Shown here one piece after another: positions 38,751 to 49,594 of a stretch of DNA of 64,000 nt (position 1 is the first letter of the stretch; each line of letters opens with the position of its first letter). The notes under the pieces were generated by a model. The model had not been told where the DNA came from. It made no database searches and was given only the letters and a program-made list of their open reading frames with translations. The translations under genes were made by a program, and so were the position numbers. The stretch comes from Macrostomum lignano (lineage: Eukaryota), in contig NIVC01001357.1 of assembly GCA_002269645.1 (NCBI GenBank), positions 124,001-188,000 on the forward strand. The letters run 5' to 3'.

Positions 38751-39446
38751 AGATGTGCCACTGCTGACGCTGCAGGCACCCTACTGGCGAAGTCAGGCAC
38801 GCACTCGGCGCTACACCGATTGCCTGCGTCCGTGTCTGGTAACTACTGAGGGTGCCAATGCAAACTCCAGCCCATTTTGTATGACGAAGTGCACAATCAA
38901 AAAAAGCCAGGCACACGCCGTCCAGCACAAAAGTACTTGGTCTGAGAGCGCTCCTGTTCAGCATTTTGTTCAAAAACGGGAAATTTGGTAACAATGAGCA
39001 AAACCTGGACTGTTAAGTCATTTTACATCCTGAATAACCAACACTTTTTCCTTTATCTTTGGCAACGGTTCGAAGTTCCAGGTAGCTGATGCAGTTGTTG
39101 CAGCACGGCCTGCTCCTGCGCTCTCAGGATACCAATAACTATTTACATGTACGAATTAGTTTAAAAAAGTGACCAACTCCCCAGTTTCAATGATTATGTG
39201 ACCAACTTAAAGTTTGAATCGTTACCGAAAAAATTAAAAAAAATACTGAATTGCTTTCAGACAATACTCAAAGCTAAGTTAAATAAGTTTGTCTGCCTAA
39301 TTTTGAAAAAGAAATTACAGAAATTCCCCTCTTCGAGTTCCGGCTCCCGGCTCCCGGCTGCACCAATCGAACCGTTAAAGCTAATTGACCGCAGCGCTAA
39401 TCCCCAACTTCAAGGCGTTTGGGCCCATCCGATTGGCTGTAGATGT

Positions 39447-39456
39447 CTATAAAAGT
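39447..39456 (+). promoter_or_regulatory. TATA box candidate for insulin-like gene A
   Basis: ctataaaag ~115 bp upstream of ATG 39562. Confidence 0.35.
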
Positions 39457-39561
39457 TGCTAAAGTCTCTGATCGGAACTTCCAGCCTGGAACAGCGCTCG
39501 ATTCTTGGACAAGCCAGCCTCGTCAATCTCTTCCGCTGGAGTCATTATTCGGATAGTGATA

Positions 39562-40107
39562 ATGGCCGTCTCCGCTGGAATTCTGAGTGCAGGTGAGAGC
39601 GAATGCTTCATTTCGCAGGTCGTTGTTCATTCTTTATATTTTTCGATGAAACTGTGAACTCACTATCAACACCACAACAAACTCGTTGCAGCCCTGCTCG
39701 TTCTGACGCTTCTGTTGCTGTGCAGTTGCTCGAATAGCCGAGCCAATCCGCCAAAGATCGGCATCAATGGTAAAGTGTTTCTACCCAAGGAGAAGTTCAG
39801 AACTTGCAACGCCAGGAAGCTGTTCGAAGTGCTCGGGACCGCCTGCGCTGGCGTCGGCCTGAACACCAGTGTGCAGCTGCGGTTTCTCGCCAGACGGCGG
39901 CGCAGCTCCGATATTGCCGGTGGGTTTTATATTCCATTTTAGTATGCATTGCGCTGTTCAAATTTCTAACTGTAATCAAAACTGAGACGTACATTGCGCA
40001 ACCTTGTTGCAGAGATTCTGAAACCAGTTCTACAGAGATGCTGCAAAAACGAGGCGGGCTGTTCACTTTGCGAGCTTCAAAGGTTCTGCAAATCGCAGCC
40101 GGCGTAA
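39562..40107 (+). CDS. Insulin-like peptide A (117 aa precursor, 3 exons)
   Basis: Exons 39562-39592, 39692-39919 and 40013-40107, both introns phase 1 GT-AG. Signal peptide MAVSAGILSAALLVLTLLLLC; B-chain TCNARKLFEVLGTAC; RRRR cleavage site; A-chain CCKNEAGCSLCELQRFC. Confidence 0.85.
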
Positions 40108-41479
40108 GACAAATGCTGTTCGTGTTTGGTGACAACTGAAACTCGCGACTTCACCGGTTTTTCATCACATTTTCCCCTCCCTGACACTATTCCAGCTGGG
40201 TTGAAAACTGGTGTTAAGCCTTCTCGGAGTTCGCTGGACAACAGTGGATTCACGAATGATTACGAATGGCAATTTCTGACCTTACTTTGTTTAACAAGTA
40301 TTGAGCCCAGATATGCTTGGGTTGAACCGTGCATATTTGTAGTGCTCACAGTTGCTCATTTCAAACTCAACTGCCGGTGAAAATTTACAAATAAACCTGA
40401 AGTCGGGGACTCAGGTCCCAGAAAACTTCGCTTGCTCCTAATTCTGAACTCAAAAGGCAATTTAACTGTGTTTTTTTTCTCTTTTTCTAGAGCGAATAGT
40501 GGTTTATATTATTTTTACTGCATATTTCCAATATTCAATGCTGACGATAGAACACATCGACAATTTGCAACTTGTAACAGCTTAAGGCATACTTATGTCG
40601 TACTAACGACTGGAGCATCAGAAACTAGCCGCGTACGCTTGAAGACAGGCATCATTTAAAGTTACGGTTGAACGTTACTCGAGTTGAATGGACAATGGCT
40701 TAAATTCAGAAAAACTGCTCCAAGAGTCCGAACAAACGCTGAAAACTTAGCAAAATCACCGTTCTTCCTGGCCTCCGCAATGAATTTTTTCTAATTGGGG
40801 ATTTTTCTTATCCCGAGATTGTCTGTGGTAAAACGTCATTCGATGCAATACAATATCCAAAAACTCATTTAGGGAGAACACACTGTACTTCAAGTTTTTC
40901 CCGCTTCTAGCAGTTTAAAAAGTTAAAAAAAACATCGGGCCTTCAACCGTAATTACAACCTAATTACAGCTGTAACTTCTAGAGGTCCTTGAGTTTAAGC
41001 CGATAGGTTGTCCATTTCATTAATTTGTTTTGCTTCGGGGATAAACTAACACAGTTTCTAACCCTTTGAAATTGGGTTCACGGAAGTTGGTTTACAGATG
41101 ATTTCAAATATGCGTGTTTGGATGGCTCTCCTGGAAGTCGCATATCTGAGTGTACTTACTCGTCTGTCGTCCATTAGGTCCAGCCTCCCGAGGCACGGCA
41201 CGTCAATTGGTAAGGATAACTCGCGTTGGATCATGAAAACTGTTTCACAGGCGTCTTAAAATCCGCTTAAGTCGTGCAATCATTTCCTAGGGCCTTGATT
41301 TGATCCGCGCCATTTTGAAATGAGCAGCTTCGTTAAAATTCTTTGTACCATTTTACAAAGGGCTTAAAAAATTAATTAGAAGGCCTCATTCAATAAAATT
41401 AAAAACGATTTAATCCGATTGAATTCTTTTTAATTAGCTCATAAGTCTCATTAATTCTTAAATTGAACGCAATTCAGTG

Positions 41480-42050
41480 TCGAACAGTAACGTCTTTTCT
41501 CAAAGGCAAAAAATAGCCTATCCAAACACAGTTGCATCTGTTTGTAGCTGTGCCTGCTACAGGCATTGCCCATCCACTCTGGGTATTGAGGTCACCAGAG
41601 TGATGAACCGCGCGTGCTCGTCGGTGAGAGGAGGCACCCAACGAAATGACCACGGCACACATCGTCGCAATTCTTAAGAAGCCGGGCACCACAGGACTTA
41701 AAGAAAGTGGAGCATCTGCCTTCAGTGCTGAGCTGCGAAGCTGATCAACCGGATGCTGCTGTTCCGGCCCCATTGTGGCACAAGTGGCCTACGGATCTGC
41801 AGCATTGCTGCTGGCTTGATTTAGCTGCCTTTCGTTCTTTGATGGCGGTCCTGCAGTCGGAGGCCCTACCAAACCAGGCTGTAGTTGTTACTTGAGTGGT
41901 TAAGTCTACAGCGCCCAAAACTTGGGCTTTGACAGATTTGCAAGTTGCAAGTCGACAATCGTCTGTCGTTACTTTGTTGCTTTACAGAATGGGCGACGAT
42001 TGAGTCACAAACATAGCCTACTTTATCGCCGCGCCGGCATGGCCCGTCCA
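41480..42050 (-). pseudogene. Degenerate remnant homologous to 38450-38750
   Basis: Shares ggtagggcctccgactgcaggaccgcc (GRASDCRTA), tcgacttgc and cctgtggt(g/t)cc (PVVP) with the remnant at 38.4-38.7 kb. Frameshifted. Confidence 0.4.
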
Positions 42051-42926
42051 AAAGACGTGTAACGTCATTTGAACGAGTCCTACAGGCATCGTACCATAGG
42101 CCAGGGCAGGAATCTGTCGTTATTCGGCAGCGCTGCTTATGTTCAAACCCGAGCGCTGGGGTGCGCCCTGTGACTCCACTTTTATAACCTTGAAGTGAAT
42201 CATGGTGTTTTTGTACATGTGCGTATGCTCAACTTGGTTTGAGTCTGAGTGTCTTCAACTTGAAGCCTCCGTTGTTTGAACTAATGAACTGAACTTTCCT
42301 GTTAGTTAGTTCTTAGGGAGCTTTGGTCACTACGGCAAATCAAGCCCTTCCACTGATCCCTGAGCATGCCCACGCATGCACATTACGTTCGGCAGAACCG
42401 CCCTCACACACGTAATTAGTCAGTATTATATATCTATTCTTCATAAAGTAGCTACCCTACACGTGCAAGTATGCTTTCCCTTATAAATACTTCTTTGCTT
42501 AGAAATCGGATTTCCTGAAAGTTGGATTCCCAGATTTCAAGCCTCGCCCCTTCGATGCAATATTTGCTGACCGCCCACCTGGCGTCTTCCTGTTTCCGCG
42601 CCAATCAAACCGAGTCGAGCAGAATTTCAATCATTGGCTTATGCAGCTGCATCAGCGCGCACTGATTGGCCACTGAAGCCAATAAATTGCTGCTACTCCC
42701 GGCCCTCAAAACTGATTTATCTGCCACTCGTCCAAGGCTCGACTAAAAAAGGCGTCTTTCAGGAGTGCACTTATAGTTTTCCCGTCTAAACTGTGTGGGC
42801 GTTTCCTTTACCTGCTCTTTTTTGAAGGCAGCTAGCACTACCTGTAGCTTCAATGGCTAGCGGAGCCGCGCTTTTCGGCGGAAGGTCTTCGAGTAAGTCT
42901 AACAGTCTCTCGCTCAGCCACTTCCT

Positions 42927-43493
42927 ATGTCTAATTTATCAATGCCTCACCTGTCTGCAGGGTGCATGCCGCTTCTCCTAATGCCCCTGCTGCTGCTGCC
43001 TTTGCTGCTGCTGCCAATGGCTTCAGCTTCATCAAAGATGACTCTGGAGGAGGCCAACCGGCTGAACGAGTACGCGCACAAGCGCATCCGGTCCTGCAAC
43101 TTGCGCAGACTGCTCAGCACCATCATGGTGCTGTGCAAAGAGGTGGGCCTGTACAACTCCAGCAACGCGGCGTGCAAAAAAGCTTCCGGCGAAGCTCCAT
43201 CCAAGCGGGACGTCGATTTCTCCAAACTGCAGGTGCTGCCGGACGACAGACAGACGGGCGGCGGCTCACTGCCTTGGAGCACAATGCACCCTGGTGAGCG
43301 CAACAGTGTAGTTGGTGAGCTCGTGACGCAGCAACTGCTTGATGCTGTGTACAGAGTTCGTCTGACTAAATAGATTTATTTTTGTTTCTTATTAAAATTG
43401 ATTTCAGCCGAGAGTGCTGTGCTGGATGCCTGCTGCTACCGGCACTGCAACTACTGCATGCTGCAGAGGTACTGCTGCACTGCGCCAACGTAA
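42927..43493 (+). CDS. Insulin-like peptide B (~150 aa precursor, 2 exons)
   Basis: Exons 42927-43293 and 43408-43493 (phase-1 GT-AG). Leu-rich signal peptide; B-chain SCNLRRLLSTIMVLC; KR site; A-chain CCYRHCNYCMLQRYCC (CC-x3-C-x8-C). The start may be a later Met. Confidence 0.88.
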
Positions 43494-44137
43494 GTTCACA
43501 CTGCGTAGCTCTGCGCTTCATTAAGCATAAGTGTAATCTCATCGCAACTGCAACCGATTTCCAGTTGGGCCAAGAAGTTCTGCTACTATACCATGCCCTA
43601 CGACGCGAAATAAGGACCTAAACTGGGCCGCGAACCTGCTTAAAACTAAAACCATTGATGAGCAACCCCTACCCTATGAGTTGATCCCAACCAACTCATG
43701 CCGCAGTGGTCTGCAAACGCATAGCCAATGGCTTTGACTGTTAAGCTCCCACAAGAAGCTATTTATTCAGCAAATATATCTAGCGGCCAACAGCGCCACC
43801 CAAATCACAAGTGGTTATATTTGCGCGTCTAAGTTTTTGCATTAAAAATGAAAAAAATCACGCCTTTAAGGCAAGCATTCCAAATTTCAATCGGTTGAAA
43901 CTTTGTGGACTTTTTTAATTTGATAAAAATTAAAATCAAACTATAAGTAAATAACTTTTGAGGCTTTGTATCTGAGCAATTACAAACTATTGAAATTATT
44001 TTTAATTAATTTTAATTGGTTTTGGTACATGAATTGAAATAAGGCAATTTTAAGGACTTTGAAATATCTCAGTCAAACTGATCATAAGGCATCAATACGT
44101 TATAGAGCAATATTGACAGGCTGCAGAGGGTTAAAAC

Positions 44138-44197
44138 CAAGGAGTTCTATAATTAGCAAGGTGCTAATTAGCAAGGTGCTAATTATAGAGCTCCTTG
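44138..44197. mobile_element. 60-bp hairpin MITE (P-superfamily-like termini)
   Basis: caaggagttctataattagca ... tgctaattatagagctccttg, flanked by gttaaaac / gttgaaac (8 bp, 1 mismatch). Confidence 0.65.
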
Positions 44198-44284
44198 GTT
44201 GAAACGAGCCAAAACCTCGAGGAGAGTAAGCGTCGGAACGTGAAAATGTCTATGGAAAAAACTGGAAAATCTATACAGCTGGGT

Positions 44285-44475
44285 CAAGGAGTTCTATAAT
44301 TAGCAACCTGGAGTGGAAGCGAGCTTTACCTCATGAGGCCATGCCAATTGTAAAGATAAGGAGCCAGCACTGAATGTCTATGGCTCTGTCTGACTCTGTC
44401 TATGCTAGTCTGGCCTAATGAGGCAAAACTGAAAAACTCGTTTCCACACCAGGTTGCTGGTTGTAGAACTCCTTG
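44285..44475. mobile_element. 191-bp MITE of the same family
   Basis: Begins caaggagttctataattagcaacctgg, ends ccaggttgctggttgtagaactccttg; 7-bp TSD gctgggt (44278-44284, 44476-44482). Confidence 0.7.
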
Positions 44476-44880
44476 GCTGGGTCAAGGAAGTCTGTGGTCT
44501 GAAGGCAGAGCTGCCCCACGTAAACAATAATCTATGTAGCTCAAAGAGTATTGAGGTCGTCTAGTATAGAGCACAGAATATACACAGAATAGTACATTAA
44601 TACCCATGCTTCAAGGGCGTTAATGGGAAAATCAGAGGGCGCCGTTATCATTGTGCCATAGACATTTGTGTCCTTGACAAAGTGGGACAAAATTAGTTAA
44701 TGATATTAACTGCCCGCTAATTTGCATTAGAGTAAGTGTGACTCCTGCAAGCGGGCTTAAATGTAGTTTATGGCATTAAAAGGCAAGAAAAAGTGCCCAG
44801 CGGGCACAAAGGTCATGGTACAATGCCGATTCGAGCATTTTTGTTTAAAAAATCGGTGCAAGAATTGAAATCACACCAGC

Positions 44881-45926
44881 CTACTCTTGTTGTGAAGCTT
44901 TGATAAGTAGGGCTTGAGTTTTTGCCATAGACTATTCAAAGAGCGACTTTTATTCTTTGCTTTCAAATGAAAATTAAGTTCAGTCTGAGCGTTTCTGCGC
45001 AGCATGGCGGGAAAATCCAGACTCCAGTGCGCAGCCTATGGATGCCCAAACTATGCCTACAAGTGCCCTCCGGACACCCGATTTCATCGATTTCCGTCAA
45101 GCCCCGAGAGGTGAGTAAACTTATTATATGAGGGGTCTTTCAAAAGTTCGTAGAAAAGCCATCTCCCCTTAAACATATGCCCTTGAAAATTTTCCATTCT
45201 CCAAGCTTTCTCCTCCATTCTCCAGGAGGCTGGCTGCTTTTCAAGCTATTCAAATCTGAGGAAAAGTGCGAGGAGTGCCAGCAGTCGTTAAAAGGCGATG
45301 GCTCGGGAGAAATGCGCTTCCTGCAGCTCAAGAACGGACAGGGCGGGACTGGAAATCTGATCATTCCCAACAAAGCAGTCATATCTGCAGTCTGTCAGAT
45401 GGAGCGCTCCTTCACGACAACGGACAAAGAGCTTCTGAAGGACGTGAGCAAACGGCTTCAGGAAAAGTTATTTCCCATTGTTCTTGCAAATATTCAGACG
45501 CACAGCTCGGATCACGGCGAACGCTGTGCTAAGGCAATGGCCAAGTTGTTTGCCAGACTTCGCCTGCATCACTGGTGCAACAGTCAGAGGACGCTCGCTC
45601 AGCAGAGAAAGCGGGGGCGTACGACAGGAATAAAGAGAGCTGAAGACTAAAGAGAGGAAGAAGCTGATGCGATTGAATGCTGTTTAACTGTAGTTTAACT
45701 GTGATGCGAATGAATTCTGCTTAGCTGTTGTTTGTTGATGATGCGAATGAATTTTGCTTAACTGGAGTTCTTCAGAGTGTTTGGTTTGTTTAGATGATAA
45801 AATACGAAAAATGATAAAATTTTACTTTTGGTCCTCCAGGTGGGATCTCTGACTACCTGCGAGACTTTGCTAAATTATTCTTCGCTAATTTTATACTACT
45901 GGCCATAGACTTCACAACAAGAGTAG
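44881..45926 (+). mobile_element. Internally deleted P-element/THAP9-type transposon
   Basis: THAP exon 45004-45110 MAGKSRLQCAAYGCPNYAYKCPPDTRFHRFPSSPER|gtgagt. Transposase C-terminus 45230-45650 (KCEECQQSL...FLQLKNG...LIIPN...ARLRLHHWC). 17-bp inverted repeat ctactcttgttgtgaag at 44881 and 45910. No TSD found. Confidence 0.75.
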
Positions 45927-45991
45927 TGCACACGAATTTTAATTCGGCTTCATGGAAATCGCTCGATTTGGCATTCTGTGTATATTCTGTG

Positions 45992-46450
45992 AGGATAGAG
46001 TGCCAATATGGATGAAAATCTGAAGCCAATTTTTAGAATCCACCTACCCCCTCCGGTCACCAAGCTTTTTAGTCTATGGCACAAGTTGTGGCTAGAATGG
46101 TGTACAAAGCCGATGCTTAAGATTAATACAGATGCATCAGAAACGCAGTTATTGCAATTAGCTACCGCACACTTTAGTGGCAAGGCTGTTGTTGTTCAGA
46201 CGCAAGGGCTATATGGCATGGCTGTTACGGAGTTGTGTATCGACGACGGCAACTGAGTCTGGTGACTGAGCGATGTTGTCTTGCTTATTTGATACATGCA
46301 TTTTCTAAGTGTGAAATGTCTTATATTTCTGAGCATCGGCTTTGTACACCATTCTAGCCACAACTTGTGCCATAGACTAAAAAGCTTGGTGACCGGAGGG
46401 GGTGGTGGATTCTAAACATCGGATTTTCATCCTTATTGGCACTCTATACT
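45992..46450. mobile_element. Fold-back element with ~120-bp inverted arms
   Basis: Arms ~45996-46121 and ~46328-46446 are reverse complements (e.g. caagctttttagtctatggcacaagttgtggctagaatggtgtacaaagccgatgct), with a ~205-bp spacer. Confidence 0.8.
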
Positions 46451-46941
46451 AGGCGACCTCAATACTCTTTGGTGTAGCTATATGTAAATATGCATCCGTG
46501 AATTTGACTTGACTTACTTGACTTAGCTGCAGGAGGCATCGTCCGGCGGATGCAGCGAGGAGGCGGAGGAGACCGTCCATTTTGCTAGGCCCTGGCGACC
46601 AATGACTTCCATCGAAGTGATGTCGCTTAGGGGGACCCGTCGGTCTCGCCTGCAACACGGTCCTCCTCACCGGCAGTGGGGAAGAACTCAGCTCGTCCCG
46701 TGTCCTTAAGGTACCGAGAGCGGTATGCTCTCAGGCCTTCAAACGTTCCTGCATCTGTGAATTTAGTCTGTGACAGAAACTGACGATCATTTTTTGCATG
46801 ATTAAAACAGTTTCCTTAGCCATCTAAGAGACAAAAATATGAGTAGTTCCTTAGTTTCTTAATCATTTAAATAATGGTATATTCTTCTGCAGTCGGCACT
46901 GCAGATGAGTGCATTGACTAGCGTTTCCCTATAGGCTAGCA

Positions 46942-48016
46942 GTCTATGGTCAAGAAAGACAATAACACGCAGTCTCGTAAGAAGTCTCTTTGGCCATAGA
47001 CAATTTGAACAGAACAGTCATTTAAGCGAGCATCAGTAAGAACTGTTTGCTGCGAGATATAAAGCTTGGGCAAATGCTACTTGAGTATGCAGAACTAAAT
47101 TAATTAAAAGCGAGACATGTCTACATCTACTAAACTTCTACCGCCGTTACTTAACTACAACGCTCTGCCGACGGATGAGATTAGTGGCGTCAGTGGCGCC
47201 AAAGCCCCTTAAAGGACTGCCTGGTCAACAGTTCCGGTTCTCTGAGAAATGTGCACGGGGATTTCGATTCCTAAAAGATTTCATGAAGACCCTGAGTGCT
47301 AAAGCTGGATTGAGTAAAAATTACACTAATCACTGTATCCGGTAAGTGTTGACCTCTGTTCAAGAATGATAAATGTTTTACAATATTCGTTCAATAATTA
47401 TTTATTCTATAACTTTCAGTGTCACTAGAGTATGCGACCTTGAAAGCCGTGGCCATTCGTTGCCAAGCATTATGATGGTAACGGGACACAAATGCGAAAA
47501 GACCGTGAAGCGATACTTAAGCACGCGCCGCGATCGGAGTTTGTTTAAGAGTTCCGAGGTCGTACACGATGCATTGCATCGTGACATTCCAAGCGCTGGT
47601 GAACAGGCCTCTGGTTCCGGCTTGTGTGCTGCTGAAAAATTTGATAAACCTACCGCCTGCACATCCGTGTTGACTGTCGCCAGCAGCAGTGTCGCTACGG
47701 TATCGTACAACAAACCTGTTCAAATCCAAGCTAGCCCGGCAAAAAAAATGCGTGTCAATATCGATGGCGGTAATAATTTGATAAGTATTGAATTTGAGTA
47801 ACGACTTTTTTGACAAGAATTTTAAACAATTTGTTGCTCGAAAAGGCTATTAACAAAAAACGTTTAATTGTGTTAAATACGTTTTTTTTACTCCGTATCG
47901 TTTGCACGTTTGTCAGTTTTTCGTTATTATGAAATAAAAACCATAGACTATAACTTGCATACATGTTGACTTTTTATCTATGGACAAAAACACGCAAGTG
48001 TGGACAATAACACGCA
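46942..48016 (+). mobile_element. Crypton-like tyrosine recombinase unit 1 (internally deleted)
   Basis: Coding remnant 47116-47801: MKTLSAKAGLSKNYTNHCIR|VTRVCDLESRGHSLPSIMMVTGHKCEKTVKRY (H-x-x-R, TGH, catalytic Y). Intron 47342-47419. N-terminal piece fused out of frame. Direct repeat gacaataacacgca at 46958 and 48003. Confidence 0.8.
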
Positions 48017-48679
48017 TCCCAAATGCGTGTTAATGGGTAGCGAAATGCTTGTCAATGCCCACTAATTTTAAACCATATAGTGTGCTGGACAAAAGTTGCA
48101 GCAGCATGCTTGAGAGAAAATATCTGGCTATAAAAAAATACGAAATACCCTACCGCAGAACTTTATAGAAGCAAATTTAAAGCAGTCAACTACAGTTTAT
48201 GAGAGAGCTATTCAGACTTCATGGACTCTGCTTAAACTTCAGAGGTCCAATCAGCCTTGGACTAAAGTTCCGCAACACGCATCAGCAGCTAGAAGAGTGT
48301 AGAAGAGTCTGAACTAGAAGAGCCAGTTCAACAGCGCCTCCCACATGTTTGTACCACCTTCAACTGGTTGCCTCCTTTTGGCTGCGTTTCAACTCAGCAC
48401 GCCTCCTGAAATCTCTTAATGATGTTGTCGGCTGCTATATTCCCAGCTGATTGGCCAACAAAATCCAGTCCTCGGCGGCGCGATTAAAAGCATTGATCAA
48501 TCTCTGACAATCGAGTCGAGAAATTTGCGCATAGTTGCCACGCTGCGCCATTGCGCCCTCGAAATTCCACATTGACAACTAGCAAAATTCTATGTTAATA
48601 AGATTGTCATTAACTTTTCTTAGCTCAAGTGTCCCTTTTCAGGGTATAAATGAATGAAATTTCGTCTCGAATTTTCGTA

Positions 48680-49480
48680 GTCTATGGTAAAACAAGTTCC
48701 AACCAAGTATGCTTTTATATTTGAAAAGAAATTATACTTTTATAGGATTATTATGATTTTGTTTTCTTTTACGCTTTCGTACTTTTATAATTTCGTAACA
48801 GTAACGCAACAATTTTCGGCTTGTTAGTTTAGTTCATTCAATCAGACGACGTTTTACTTTTTCCAAGCTACTGCTTACCAACGATCCAGTTAGATTAAAC
48901 GTGCAATTCTGGAAGGTCCCGTTGAAGTTCACGACGATTGCAGCCGGCTCTGATTGCCGTTCTCCATACTTGGTTTCAATAGCCCTTGTCTCACTGATCG
49001 CCACTTCACCATCCTGACCAACACGACGGATAGAGACCTGGGAGGCGCTTGTCTCGACGCTCAGCGCTGATGACATCGCACGGAAGTCGGCATCGCGCCT
49101 CACTCGCGTATAGCGCTCTACGCTCGCTGAATTCTTGTGGCCGGTGTTAACTGCGATGGTCCTGATCTTCGCTTAGGTCCTTAATCTCTTCAGCGTCTAG
49201 TTGTCGAGCGAACACGCCACTCAATTCTTCCAAATAGCGGGTTGCTGACTCTGACGACACCCAATTCAACTCCTTTGTTGACAGACCACTAATAAGTTGG
49301 TCGGGCAGATTCGCATAGTTCAACATTCCTAGTCAGTAGTTGATTAGACAGACAGAACTTTCTAGAATCGTTGCTTGAAAACGCGGCTCCCTAGCCCTGT
49401 CCTCTCGATCAATCAAAGTGTTTAGTCTATGGCACAAAGATTTGCCCATCCACCGAAAAAAATAGCCTTCGACCATAGAC
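48680..49480 (-). mobile_element. Crypton-like tyrosine recombinase unit 2 (internally deleted)
   Basis: Coding remnant 49326-48834: MLNYANLPDQL...LDAEEIKDLSEDQD joined by frameshift to IRTIAVNTGHKNSASVERY...NFNGTFQNCTFN. Confidence 0.7.
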
Positions 49481-49594
49481 TTTCTCAACTTCCTGCCTAT
49501 CTCTAACATAGTGCCCGCAAATTTCCACGTTGTTACCCGCAAATTTCTTGCATTGATTAAGTTAATGACAATAATTTTTTGTCGCTCGGAAGTA

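Noticed and set aside
43294-43373. Read-through C-terminus of ORF 42927-43373 (GERNSVVG...LTK)
   Set aside because: It lacks an A chain. Splicing at 43293/43408 restores a complete CC-x3-C-x8-C A chain.
44121-44134. agggttaa piggyBac-like right end
   Set aside because: No ttaaccct left end identified upstream.
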